Shown here in pieces: positions 19,093 to 29,873 of a stretch of 64,000 nt of DNA. Origin of the DNA: Planctomycetota bacterium (GTDB lineage Bacteria > Planctomycetota > B143-G9). The translations under genes and the position numbers were made by a program. The DNA lies in contig JAXHMW010000016.1 of NCBI GenBank assembly GCA_034521065.1, positions 3,927-67,926 of the forward strand, read 5' to 3'. Below the pieces are notes generated by a model. That model searched no databases and was not told the origin of the DNA. It saw nothing but the letters and a program-made list of their open reading frames with translations. Each line of letters starts with the position of its first letter. Within the stretch, counting starts at the first letter, position 1.

Positions 19093-19274
19093 GATAAACA
19101 AAGGCTGTGGCTATGGTCGTAACAGTGCTTCAGAGCCCTGCAGCTCGATGCCGAAAAACAACTTATTCGAAACGTTCGGCTTACAGAACTGTCAATTACA
19201 GCAGCGAGTGGAGCATGTAACTCCCGGTTTCTACCATAATTGTGGACAAAACTGCCACTTCGTTGCTCTCGGTC

Positions 19275-19302
19275 CTTGTCCGAAACGACATATCAGGTAG
19301 AA
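19275..19302 (+). promoter_or_regulatory. candidate sigma70-type promoter of the FHA-protein gene
   Basis: TTGTCC (19275-19280), a 16-nt spacer and TAGAAT (19297-19302) are present. A GAGGAG SD and ATG 19329 follow. Confidence 0.4.
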
Positions 19303-19328
19303 TTAAGCCGTACTTGCGAGGAGACCGC

Positions 19329-22051
19329 ATGATCAGAATCATTTGCAGGGCTAAGGACGAACCTGAACGCACCTTCGATGAGGACAAGACCGAAATCACT
19401 ATCGGTCGCTCAAAGGAGAGCACCATCAAGCTCGATGACTCGAGGCTGAGTCGTCATCACTGCTCCGTCGTGCGCGAGGGCGATACGTACTTCGTCATCG
19501 ACAAGGGCAGCAGCAACGGAACCTATCTCAACTACAAGAGGATTCAGAAGGAACAGCTTGAAACTGGCGACGCTATCGTTGTGGGTTCGCATGCGCTGTT
19601 CATTGAGCAGGTTCCGGATGACGCTGATAAGCACCTCGAGTTTGCCCAGTCCGAGAACAAGCCCGAAATGTCGAAGAAGCTCCTCGACGTTGACCGTAAA
19701 GAGGCCAAGGACAAGCACAAGAGGACCGACGAGCCCGACTACGTTCTCGAAATAGCGGAGGGCGAGAACAAGGGCAAGGTTTACCACCTTTCTGACCAGA
19801 AGGTGACGCTCGGTCGCAATGACCAGAACACAATCACCATCAAGGATCAACTCGTTTCCAACTTTCACGGCGAAGTGGTTCCGGAAAACAGCAAGTATTA
19901 CATCTACGACCTCGGCTCGACCAACGGCACAAAGCTGAACGGCGAGAAGGTCGTCAAGGCTCCGCTTGTAGTCGGCAACGAACTTCAGATCGGGCCTACG
20001 AAACTCGTGTTCAAGAACCTCGGCAAGATGCAGCCCGGCGACATGGCCTTCGCGGGAAAGGCTACAGCACAGGCCCGTGAGAAGCGGCTTGAATCAAAAA
20101 AGAGCAGTTTGTACATGATCCTCGGCGTCGCTGCGGTGGTTGCGGTTGTGGCCACGGTCATTGCCCTTACCATTTATCCTTTCGGAGGAGAGTCCGAACC
20201 TTCCCCCAAACCCTCGGAATCCGACGTTGCTCAAAATATGATCACCGGCAACGCGGACTTCGAAGGCAGCGTCGGTGCGGATGCGTCCCCGCAGGACTGG
20301 ACGTTCGCAAAGCTCCATCCCTCCTCGAATGTCTTTGTGGACAAACAGAAGAAGCACGGTGGCTCACAGAGCCTCGCTTTCAAGGATCTCGGCAGTGACG
20401 GCAAACCTGTGGCGAACAGAGTGGTGTTCGGCAATCCGCTCATAGTGGAGGGCGGCAAAGCCTATATGGCGAGCGCACGCATTCTTACAAGCAACGCTAT
20501 CGGATACAACGCGCTCCAGGTTCGCCTTTTTTCTTCGCAGTTTCCCGACGCATGCGTCAACTACTACACTGTTCCCGTATCAAGAACTCATGCCGAGTTT
20601 GTCGAATCCAAGGTTTCTTTCATCGTACCGGAGTGGGCAGACACCGCTGAGGTAGCCTGTTTCACTTTTGCATCGCGAGGTAACGCGTGGTTTGACGATG
20701 TCTCACTGTCTTCATATTCCGGTTCTCCTGAGGAGCCGAGGAAGTTGGAGGCCGTGTCCGGTTTCTCGGTTGGTGCCGATGCCTGGGGCAACGTGTGGGT
20801 CACCAGGGGTGGAAGGCTCGTGGCATTGAGCAACGGTCTCGCTTTTGCGACCGATTCCACGGGAGACGAGATGGTCACAAGCGCCATGCTCGCTTCACCT
20901 GGCAAGCTCCAAGACGTGCAGGGCTCGCAGGCTACTCGTTTCACCGCTCAGGTTTTCGACCCCGTGATGGGCACGAAACATCCTTTCGAAGCGGTTTTCT
21001 CGACGCAGGAGGGAATGGTCTCCGTCAACTACAACGTCGCTGTGCCCGTGATCAAGAGAATGGAATTCGCCCTTCTGGTGGCGCCCGAGCTTCTCATCGA
21101 GCGGCGTGAAGTGCTCAGTAAACGGCGAGCTGACCGAACTAACCAGCGGAGCCAGGCTCAGTGGCATCAGCGAGGTGGTTATCGGAAGCGGTTCGCAAAC
21201 TCTCTCGTTCGGCTTTTCTCAGGACTACGACTTGGCATACTCTTCGTCCGCGGCCGTTTCAAAGCTCGTGTTCGCCAGGTTCGAGCCCGCCAAGGTGGTC
21301 GAGAACTACTCGGTTGCCATGGTGTTATCCGGCTCTTCTTCCACCCTCAGGGACTACTGTCGCACAGAAGCTCAACATTGCCAAGAGAGAAATGGGCACT
21401 GGCAGCATTTTCCAGGCTAAGAGTATGTACGAGGCCCTGTTGAAAGAGTTCCCCGAAAACGAGCTTGTTAAGCGCGAGGTGCAACGCGGCCTGGAACAGT
21501 TTGACGAGGAACTCAAGGAACCCCGGTTGGACGCGCTTGAATCCGATCTCAGGAGCGCGGCAAAGACAGGTGATCCCGAGAAGTTCTCAGCCGCGTCGGA
21601 CGAGTTGAACGAGCTTGTTCCGCTTATCAAGGCGCGAGCCCGGGAGTCAGAGTTGGAAGAGCGGGCTGTGGCTGTATCTGAACTGCGCGATGAGCTTCGG
21701 ACACAGATGAGCAGCAGGTTGAAGGAACAGGAGGCATCCGAGCTTTTGAAACTCGCTACAGACGCAATGGAAGAGGATAAGTACGTCCTTGCGAAGGCTA
21801 TCCTGGACAACGTCGTAAGAAAGTATTCCGATACACCCGCAGCCGCCAAGGCTATTCAGTCGCTGCGAGAAGTTGAGACGAAACTCGAGGAGATTCGCGC
21901 GGCCATGGAGGAATGGACCGATGTCCTGGCTAGGGCGGATGAACTCGTCCTCGCCAACAAGAAAGAACAGGCAAAGACGCTCGTTCTCGATTTCCTCGCC
22001 AAGTATCCGGGTTTCCGTCCTGCAAAGCAGTATTTGGAAACACTTAACTGA
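19329..22051 (+). CDS. dual-FHA-domain transmembrane protein with a CBM-like ectodomain and a helical C-terminus (2 frame breaks)
   Basis: FHA1 is ITIGRSKESTIKLDDSRLSRHHCSVV...DKGSSNGTYLN. FHA2 is VTLGRNDQNTITIKDQLVSNFHGEVV...DLGSTNGTKLNG. A TM helix follows (LYMILGVAAVVAVVATVIALTIYPF). The ectodomain then opens with NMITGNADFEGS and closes with AWFDDVSLSS. A long helical tail ends at 22051. The protein spans ORF-track pieces 19242-21443, 21106-21420 and 21161-22051, with breaks at about 21102 and 21352. Confidence 0.75.
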
Positions 22052-22058
22052 AAATGAG

Positions 22059-22092
22059 GTTGCAATTAGGCGGCGGTCTGTATAATTGCAAC
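22059..22092 (+). promoter_or_regulatory. candidate promoter embedded in a perfect 10-bp inverted repeat, upstream of rny
   Basis: GTTGCAATTA (22059-22068) and TAATTGCAAC (22083-22092) are exact reverse complements. TTGCAA (22060-22065), a 15-nt spacer and TATAAT (22081-22086) lie inside the repeat. Confidence 0.4.
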
Positions 22093-22292
22093 TGCGTGAG
22101 CCCGCGAGTTTTTTTGCGCGGGATGTTCGATAGATGCAACGGCGATCAGGACCCGAAAGGGATGAAAGTAAGTAGATAGTTCCTCCTCCCTCAAAGCGTA
22201 CTGCCAAAGTGCGCTTCTGTCCATTCTCGCCCCGTCTGTCGTCTCACTCATCTTCTGCTTTTACAACTTGTTAAAGAAAGGGGCTTGCGATC

Positions 22293-23864
22293 ATGGACCT
22301 TATGTCGTTGGTCGTGGGACTCGTAGTAGGCCTGGTTCTTGGAATCGTGGTAATTGCCGCGATATTCTTCAAGAAGTACAGACAGTCCGTAACGGACTCC
22401 GAGAAATCCCAGCTTGAACTCGAACAGCTAAAACGCTCACTGGAAACTGAAAAGAAGGCCATCCGGATCAGCGCCGAGAAGGAGGCCGAACAAAAACTCG
22501 CCGACCGCAGGGAAGCTGCGGAAAAGGAGGTCAGAGAGACCCGAGCCGAACTCAAAAGCACTGAGAAGAGGCTCGCCAAACGAGAGGACGCGCTCGAAAA
22601 CAAGGAACAGGAAATACGCGAGCGTGAAAAGTCGCTGATTAAGAAGGAAGTCAAGCTCGACTCTCTCATTGCGGACAACCAGACGAAGGAGCGCGAGCTT
22701 TCGGAGAAAATCGCGCAGCAGGACACTGAACTCCTCAAGATATCCGGAATGTCGAAACAGGAGGCTCAGCAGAGGGTTCTGACAAGAGTTGAAGAGGAAC
22801 TCGGTGCTGAAATCGGCGAACTCGTGGAGAAGGCCACCGAAAAGGCACAGGGCGAGATCGAGGACAAGACCCGGGAGATGATGATAACCGCCATCGAGCG
22901 CTACTCGGGTGAGCAGGTCTCCGAGGTCCTTGTCTCAGCAGTTGATTTGCCCAACGACGATATGAAGGGCCGCATCATTGGGCGTGAGGGCCGCAACATC
23001 AGGACTTTCGAAAAGGTCACCGGCACGGACGTGGTCGTTGACGACACGCCCGGTGTTGTAGTTGTGTCCGCGTTCGATCCTGTTCGGCGGCAAATCGCCA
23101 AGCGCGCGCTTGACAACCTCATCAGTGACGGGCGCATACACCCCGCACGCATCGAGGAGATCGTTTCCAAGACCCGAAACGACACTATGCAGGAGATATC
23201 GCGCGCCGGTCGCGAGGCTTTCAACGAACTCAACCTTCCCAAGCCGCATCCCAAGATCGCCATGCTTGTAGGCCGCCTGAAGTTCCGCTACAGTTATGGT
23301 CAGAACGTGCTGCAGCACAGCAAAGAGGTGGCCAACCTGATGGGCATGGTCGCAGCCGAACTCGGTCTCGACCAGTCACTTGCCCGCCGTTGCGGACTTT
23401 TGCACGATATCGGCAAAGCGGTTGACCACGAAAGCGAAGGCACTCACTCGGAACTCGGAATGGAACTCGCCAAGCGCTGCAACGAGCGCCCTGAGGTGCT
23501 CAACGCGATCGGTTCGCATCACGAGAAGATTGCGGCGGACAACGTTTATTCGATTCTCGTAAAGGTAATGGACTCAGTTTCCGCGGCCCGTCCGGGCGCG
23601 CGCAGCGAGACGCTTGAGAAGTACCTCAAACGCCTTGAGAAGCTCGAGTCCATCGCCACAGATGCCCCCGGAGTGGAGCAGGCCTTTGCAATACAAGCCG
23701 GAAGAGAGATTCGAGTCCTCATCAACGCGAACGCCATCTCCGACAAAGAGGTCTATAAGATCTGTCGTGACATTTCGAAGCGAGTCGAGAAGGAGTTGAC
23801 CTATCCCGGAGAGATAAAGGTCACCTGTATCCGTGAGACTCGTGTCGTGGAGGTCGCAAGGTAG
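22293..23864 (+). CDS. rny: ribonuclease Y
   Basis: The protein has an N-terminal TM helix, a long Glu/Lys coiled coil, a KH region (GRIIGREGRNIRTFEKVTG) and an HD domain (LLHDIGKAVDHE). This is the characteristic RNase Y architecture. Confidence 0.92.
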   Translation: MDLMSLVVGLVVGLVLGIVVIAAIFFKKYRQSVTDSEKSQLELEQLKRSLETEKKAIRISAEKEAEQKLADRREAAEKEVRETRAELKSTEKRLAKREDALENKEQEIREREKSLIKKEVKLDSLIADNQTKERELSEKIAQQDTELLKISGMSKQEAQQRVLTRVEEELGAEIGELVEKATEKAQGEIEDKTREMMITAIERYSGEQVSEVLVSAVDLPNDDMKGRIIGREGRNIRTFEKVTGTDVVVDDTPGVVVVSAFDPVRRQIAKRALDNLISDGRIHPARIEEIVSKTRNDTMQEISRAGREAFNELNLPKPHPKIAMLVGRLKFRYSYGQNVLQHSKEVANLMGMVAAELGLDQSLARRCGLLHDIGKAVDHESEGTHSELGMELAKRCNERPEVLNAIGSHHEKIAADNVYSILVKVMDSVSAARPGARSETLEKYLKRLEKLESIATDAPGVEQAFAIQAGREIRVLINANAISDKEVYKICRDISKRVEKELTYPGEIKVTCIRETRVVEVAR

Positions 23865-23876
23865 AAAGGCATCTTT

Positions 23877-24677
23877 GTGAAAGCGCTTTTCATAGGTGAC
23901 ATTGTAGGCAAACCGGGCAGGAAAGTCGTAAAGAAATTCCTGCCCGACTTCATTGCATCGGGCGTTCATATCATCGTCGCGAACGGCGAGAACGCAGCCG
24001 GGGGCTCGGGACTCACACCAAGGATCGTCACCGAACTCTTCAATGCCGGAATCGACGTGCTCACCTCTGGCGACCACGTCTTTCGCAACCGCGATGTGCT
24101 GGAAATAGTTGATACGGAAGAACGACTCCTTCGCCCCATGAACCTCTCTGACAGGGCAAAGGGCTTCGGTTTCGGTGTGTTCGACAAAGACGGCGTCCCC
24201 TTCGCGGTCGCGAACTTTATCGGCAGAGTCTTTCTTGGCGGAGCCAACTGCCCGTTCGCCTCAGCCGATCAGTTCCTCGTGGAGGTTGACGCAAAGGCCA
24301 TCGTGCGTTTCGTTGACATGCACGCCGAGGCAACAAGCGAGAAGGTTGCGATGGGCCGTTATCTCGACGGCAGGGCCACGGCTGTTTTCGGTACTCACAC
24401 TCACGTTCAGACAGCGGACGAACAGGTGCTCGAAAAGGGTACAGCTTACATCACCGACCTCGGAATGACCGGCCCGTTCGACTCCGTGCTCGGGCGCGAG
24501 GTCAAGCCGGTGCTTGAGTCGTTTCTGACCGGTATGCCGCATCGCTTCGACGTATCAAAGAACGACCCACGTCTTTCCGGTGCCCCGATAGAGTTCGACG
24601 AGAGCACGGGCAGGGCGAATGCCATCCGCAGAATACATCTTCGCGAGAACGACGAGCTTCCGCAAATGGAGATGTAG
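23877..24677 (+). CDS. ymdB: YmdB-type metallophosphoesterase (2',3'-cyclic-nucleotide phosphodiesterase family)
   Basis: MKALFIGDIVGKPGR, ANGENAAGG, DMHAEATSEK and GTHTHVQTADE are present. It sits immediately downstream of rny, as in many genomes. Confidence 0.85.
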   Translation: MKALFIGDIVGKPGRKVVKKFLPDFIASGVHIIVANGENAAGGSGLTPRIVTELFNAGIDVLTSGDHVFRNRDVLEIVDTEERLLRPMNLSDRAKGFGFGVFDKDGVPFAVANFIGRVFLGGANCPFASADQFLVEVDAKAIVRFVDMHAEATSEKVAMGRYLDGRATAVFGTHTHVQTADEQVLEKGTAYITDLGMTGPFDSVLGREVKPVLESFLTGMPHRFDVSKNDPRLSGAPIEFDESTGRANAIRRIHLRENDELPQMEM

Positions 24678-25919
24678 TGCAAGACCAGCCTCTGTTTGAC
24701 CCACTGCAGAGTAATGACGATGTGCTGACCGTAACTCAGCTTAACAGGCGTGTGAAGTTCGTGCTTGAGGACGAGTATCCCCGCGTGCGTGTAGAGGGAG
24801 GAACTCGCGTCCTTCAAGTCCCATCAGTCTGGGCACATGTATTTCGAACTCAAGGACGAACGTTCGAGAATTTCCGTCGTAATGTTCCGCTCGAGCGCAT
24901 CGCGCCTCAGATTGCAGCCCCGGCATGACGGTTCTCAAGGTGGTAATTGATGGCAAGGTGAGCGTTTACGAGCCCCAGGCAAATACCAGGTAATCGCAGA
25001 GCGCATGACGCCGGTCGGCATAGGCGGCTCGAGCTCGAAGTTTCGCCAGCTCAAGGAGAAGCTCGAAAAGGAAGGCCTGTTCGACCCGCGACATAAGAAG
25101 CCTCTGCCGTTCTTCCCTCTCAGGATAGGGCTTGCAACCTCTCCAACTGGTGCCGCAATACGGGATGTTCTGCGAGTGCTGCGCAACCGCAATCCGCTTG
25201 TCGAGGTGCTCGTGCGCCCCACAGTCGTGCAGGGGAACAAGGCACCGGCCGACATGTCCGCTGCACTGAAGGAACTCGACTCGGTCGAGGACGTTGACGT
25301 GATCGTCTTCGGCAGGGGAGGAGGCTCGTACGAAGACCTGTTCGTGTTCAATGACGAAGGTCTCGCAAGGGTGATATTCGAACTCGAAAAGCCAGTTGTC
25401 AGCGCGGTCGGCCATGAGATAGACATCACAATAGGGGATCTCGTCGCTGACAGGAGGGCCGCAACTCCAACTGATGCCGCGCAGATCGCAGTGCCGCTGC
25501 TCGAAGACATTCAGGCCGTACTGTCTGACAGGGCTTTAAGATTTCACAGAAGCGCGCGCAGAAGAGTGACCGACACTCAAAATCGTCTCAACATGCTTAA
25601 GCGGGCGTTGGCTCTCGCGGGGCCTGTAAACACGCTTCGCACTCTGCAACAGCGCACAGATCTCGCACTCACGAGGCTTGGCGGAGCAGGGCGCCTACTG
25701 CTTATTTCGCGCAGGGATAGGCTCGACTCGCTGCGCGAGCGTCTGAACGCCCTTTCGCCGTCCAAAGTGCTTGAACGTGGTTTTTCTGTCGTAAAATTCA
25801 GGGGAAAAGTGCTTCGCAGTGCGAACTCCGTACGCGAGGGAGACGAACTCGACATAACTCTCGCAAGCGGTTCGTTGAAAGCCGAGACCAAACGCACAAT
25901 GGAGGAAGAAAGTGACTGA
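24677..25919 (+). CDS. xseA: exodeoxyribonuclease VII large subunit (at least 3 frame breaks)
   Basis: The N-terminal OB part (LTVTQLNRRVKFVLEDEYPRVRVEG) continues in other frames as ELASFKSHQSGHMYFELKDERSRISVVMF and GMTVLKVVIDGKVSVYEPQ. It then runs GKYQVIAERMTPVGIGG...LPFFPLRIGLATSPTGAAIRD. ORF-track pieces are 24677-24928 and 25005-25919. Confidence 0.85.
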
Positions 25920-26175
25920 ACAGCAGCAAGAGAACCTGGACAGCCACTCATTCGAGGAGAGGATAGAACGAATTGAAGAAGTTCTGCTCAAGCTCGAAGA
26001 GGGCGAACTTCCCCTCGAGAAGAGCGTGGAGCTGTATGAAGAGGGCGTCAGGCTGCTTTCTTCCTGCTATGAGACGCTCGATAAAATGGAGGGCAAGATT
26101 ATGAAGCTGGTCAGGACCGACGACGGCGACCCGACCCGCGAGCCTTTCGAAGAAGGAGGAAGAGCAGGCGGCTGA
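25912..26175 (+). CDS. xseB: exodeoxyribonuclease VII small subunit
   Basis: This 87-aa helical protein (FEERIERIEEVLLKLEEGELPLEKSVELYEEGVRLLSSC) has a start that overlaps the xseA stop. Confidence 0.85.
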   Translation: MTEQQQENLDSHSFEERIERIEEVLLKLEEGELPLEKSVELYEEGVRLLSSCYETLDKMEGKIMKLVRTDDGDPTREPFEEGGRAGG

Positions 26176-26227
26176 GATTCCGGCGAGCCTCGCGGCGAGA
26201 CGCCCGCTTCATCGAAGCGGAATCGAC

Positions 26228-27059
26228 ATGAGCTTCGCCCTGGCCGAAAGGGCCGGACGCGCGAACCGCAGGCTACATGAGAGCACACTCTGCGTGATGG
26301 CGGCGGAAAGCGTTTTCGTCCGTATCTCGTGCTGCAAAGTTGCGAGCTATGCGCTGGAGAGCGCGAGAGGGCTGTTCACGCCGCCTGTGCTGTTGAATGT
26401 CTGGAGCACACCGGATCTCGCTGATTCACGACGACCTTCCTGCTATGGATGACGATGAGTTGCGCAGGGGTAAACCGACATGCCACTTTCAGTTCGATGA
26501 AGCTACTGCTATACTGGCCGGTGATGCGCTGCTCACATACGCGTTCGAGCTTTTGACGCATTCAAAAATACCGGACAGCGCGAAGGTCAACTGTGTTCGG
26601 TCACTCGCCGTTCGTTCCGGGTACTCCGGAATGGTAGGCGGGCAGATGGCCGACACGGTAGGCGAAACTCACGAGCCGAACCGTGAACTTATGGACTACA
26701 TACATGCTCACAAGACCGGTGACCTGATTACCTGTGCCTGTGAGCTTGGTGCCTACTGCGCCGAGGCATCGGCAGATGAACTCGAGCGTCTGAGGCTTTT
26801 CGGCAGACACTGCGGTCTCGCGTTTCAGGTCTCCGATGACATCTGCGACCATACTTCTACCTCAGAGGAGATGGGCAAGCAGGTGGGCAAGGACGATGAT
26901 GCCGGCAAGCAGAACGCGGTGCGTGTTCACGGCATGAGACAGGCGCGCGAGATAGTTTCGGACTCTGTCGAGAAGGCCTGTGAGGCACTCGAGATCTTCG
27001 GCTCGGACGCGCAGGACCTTGTACAGCTTGTACGCTGGCTGAAGGAAAGGCGCTCATAG
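26228..27059 (+). CDS. ispA: (2E,6E)-farnesyl diphosphate synthase (frame breaks in the 5' third)
   Basis: The FARM motif is LIHDDLPAMDDDELRRGKPT and the SARM motif is FQVSDDICD. The upstream GGKRFRPYLVLQSCELCAGERERAVHAACAVECLEHT lies in a second frame, and MSFALAE...RRLHESTLCVMA in a third. The true start is uncertain. Confidence 0.8.
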
Positions 27060-27104
27060 CCGCATGCCGACAACGTGCGATGCGGCGGAGGAAAGATAAG
27101 GAAA

Positions 27105-28978
27105 GTGAACAAACTACTCGACACTATTAATTCTCCCGAGGACTTGAAGAAGCTCGATGAAGAGCTTCTTGTAAAACTGTGTTCTGAACTACGGGAGGTC
27201 ATAACCGAGGTCACCATCCGCAACGGCGGCCACCTCGCTTCAAATCTCGGCACTATTGAGACTACCGTCGCCCTGCACAGGGTCTTCGACCTCTCCGGTG
27301 AACATGACAGGCTCGTGATGGACGTTGGTCATCAGTGCTATGCTCACAAGCTGTTGACAGGCAGGCGAGACCGATTCGACACCCTTCGCTCGAAGGACGG
27401 AATAACCGGCTATCCGAATCCGAAGGAGAGCGAGTACGACACGTTTGTCAGCGGTCATGCGAGCACCGCGATTTCAGCCGCGGCAGGCTATGCCGAAGCG
27501 TTTGCGATTCATGGCAAAAACCGCAAGGCGATTGCGCTTGTGGGCGATGGCTCCCTGACCGGCGGCGAGGCTTACGAAGGGCTTTGCTACGTGGGCGAGC
27601 ACCAGAAGAACGTGCTTGCTGATACTCAACGACAACCGCATGGCCATCTCTCCTGCGACAGGTGGTTTTACGCGGTACCTGAACCACCTCAGAACTTCAC
27701 CGCGCTACCTCGAGATGAAGAAGGACATCGTCGCGGCACTCAACAACATTCCCATCTTTTCCTCGCAGTTGTACAAAATCGCCGAAAACATTCATGACCA
27801 TGTCTCGCGATTGCTCATCGAGAACGGTCTCTTCACGACTCTCGGATACAAGTACTTCGGGCCATATGACGGACATGACGTGGAAGCCCTCGTCGCAGCG
27901 ATGGAGAAGGTCAAGAACCTCAACCGGCCGGTTCTGCTGCACGTTCTCACCGACAAGGGGAAGGGCAACAAGAATGCAGAGGGTGACCCGGAAAAGTACC
28001 ACGGTGTGAGCCGGTAACCCAAGGAAAACCCTCAACGTTACATTTCCAGAGCCAAGTTTCTCCTGACACCAAGGGGGTATCAGAAACTCTCGTGGAGCTA
28101 TCAGCGCGTGATGATAAGGTTGTCACTGATCGATGCCGGCAATGCCTTCCGGCACCGGTGCGATCAAGGTGATGAATGAGTTCCCCGAACGTGGTTTTGA
28201 TGTGGGCATAGCCGAACCGCATGCCGTAACGATGGGCGCAGCGATGGGCAAGGCCGGTCTGAAGCCGGTCACGCTGATTTATTCCTCCTTCAGCCACCGC
28301 ACGGTTGACCAGGTTTTCCACGACGTTCTTCTGCAGGAAGATGTTCCCACCTGCCGTGTTTTGACAGGGCGGGGCTTGTCGCTGAGGATGGTCGATGCAT
28401 CATGGAGGCTTTATGACATATCAGTTTTCCGTGGTTTTCCGGGAATAATTATAGCGTCTCCCGTGGATTTGCGCGAGGTCGCGTTGCTGCTGCGCTGGGC
28501 TGTTGACAGCGGTAAAGTGGTGGCACTGCGGTATCCTCGCGGCTCGATACCCGCTCTGCCGGAAGTAAAGAAGATGCCGCCGGTTGAAGAAGGTAAGGGC
28601 TACATGGTCGAGCAGGGCGAGGACGTATGTATCATCGGCTATGGTTCGATGGTTCGCAACGCGCTCGATGCAGCGAAAAAGCTCAGGGCGGACGGAATAT
28701 CGGCAGGAGTGGCCAACGCCCGTTTCGCCAAGCCGATTGACAGGGACCTCGTGTCGGAAGCCTCGAAATCGAAGCTTGTTGTTACGGTTGAAGAGCACAC
28801 GGTAGAAGGCGGTTTCGGAGCTATCGTGGCGGAAGAGCTTCGGGGCAGGGCTGATATGCTCAAGATCGGAGTACCGGACCGCTTTGTCGAGCACGGAACG
28901 AGAGAGCAATTGCACAAAATCGTGGGACTCGATCCCGACTCCATCGCGAATAGCATTCGGAAAGAGCTTGGCAAATGA
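27105..28978 (+). CDS. dxs: 1-deoxy-D-xylulose-5-phosphate synthase (about 9 frame breaks)
   Basis: The recognisable blocks are NKLLDTINSPEDLKKL, GGHLASNLG, VGDGSLTGGEAYEGL, ILNDNRMAIS, FDVGIAEPHAVT, FDRAGLVAEDG and MHHGGF (each of the last two in its own frame), and the C-terminal transketolase domain. ORF-track pieces are 27075-27797, 27616-28017 and 28133-28978. Confidence 0.9.
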
Positions 28979-29862
28979 AGATCAGTATTTTCGCTAACCC
29001 TTCCAAATCTCTGGCTCTCAAAATGGTGGACGAGCTTCTCCCCTGGTTGAAGGAAAGGGTGGAGGTGTTGAACGTTCACCTGAGCAACGAGGAACCTTTT
29101 GACCCCGGTGATGCGGATACCTGCATTGTATTCGGCGGAGACGGTACAATGCTTACATGTGCCCGCCGTCTCACGCGCTACGACGTTCCTATCGTTGGGG
29201 TAAACGTCGGTCGCCTCGGTTTTCTTGCCGGTGTTAATCCGTCGTCGTTCAAGCGCGAGTTTGAAAGGATTCTCGACGGAAAGTACCGCATTATCGAGCG
29301 AATGATGCTCGAGGTGGATGGCCTCGAGCAGCAGCAGTTGCAGGGTGATTCGTCCGACATGGTCGTACTCAACGAATTGGTCCTCGAGCGCGGAGGTTCC
29401 CCCCGAACACTCTCAATTGACGTGTTCCACGGCGAAGAGTATTTCAATACCTTCTCAGCCGACGGAGTAATAGTATCGACGCCGACCGGCTCGACTGCGT
29501 ACTCTCTCAGTGCTGGAGGCCCCCTCGTCGCAGCCACGCTGGAAGTTATGATAATCAGTCCGATATGTCCGCATTGTCTTTACGAAAGACCGTTCATTAT
29601 CGCGGCGGACATGCCGGTGCGTCTCCAGTTGCAGGAGTTTTACGAGGACGCACTGGTCGTTCTGGACGGGCAGCGCGTTTTCCGCTCAAGCGATAAGGTC
29701 AATATCGAGATTCGAAAGGCAAAGAATAATCTGAAGATGCTCACCCCGACTGATGTCGGCCAGTATGAGGTCATCAGGTCAAAACTGAACTGGGGTTGTC
29801 CGTTTATTCCTGTTGAAAACAGTGTGCGCCCGACCCCGCCGAAGATGGACAAGAGAAAGTAA
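28975..29862 (+). CDS. nadK: NAD kinase
   Basis: VFGGDGTML, GVNVGRLGFL and STPTGSTAYSLSAGGP motifs are present. The ATG overlaps the dxs stop (ATGA). Confidence 0.9.
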   Translation: MKISIFANPSKSLALKMVDELLPWLKERVEVLNVHLSNEEPFDPGDADTCIVFGGDGTMLTCARRLTRYDVPIVGVNVGRLGFLAGVNPSSFKREFERILDGKYRIIERMMLEVDGLEQQQLQGDSSDMVVLNELVLERGGSPRTLSIDVFHGEEYFNTFSADGVIVSTPTGSTAYSLSAGGPLVAATLEVMIISPICPHCLYERPFIIAADMPVRLQLQEFYEDALVVLDGQRVFRSSDKVNIEIRKAKNNLKMLTPTDVGQYEVIRSKLNWGCPFIPVENSVRPTPPKMDKRK

Positions 29863-29873
29863 GGAGTTCCACT

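Noticed and set aside
22101-22122. The hairpin CCCGCG...CGCGGG as a canonical intrinsic terminator of the FHA-protein gene.
   Set aside because: The U-run lies inside the loop rather than after the stem, so it does not fit the standard terminator architecture. It is kept only as part of the rny-leader observation.
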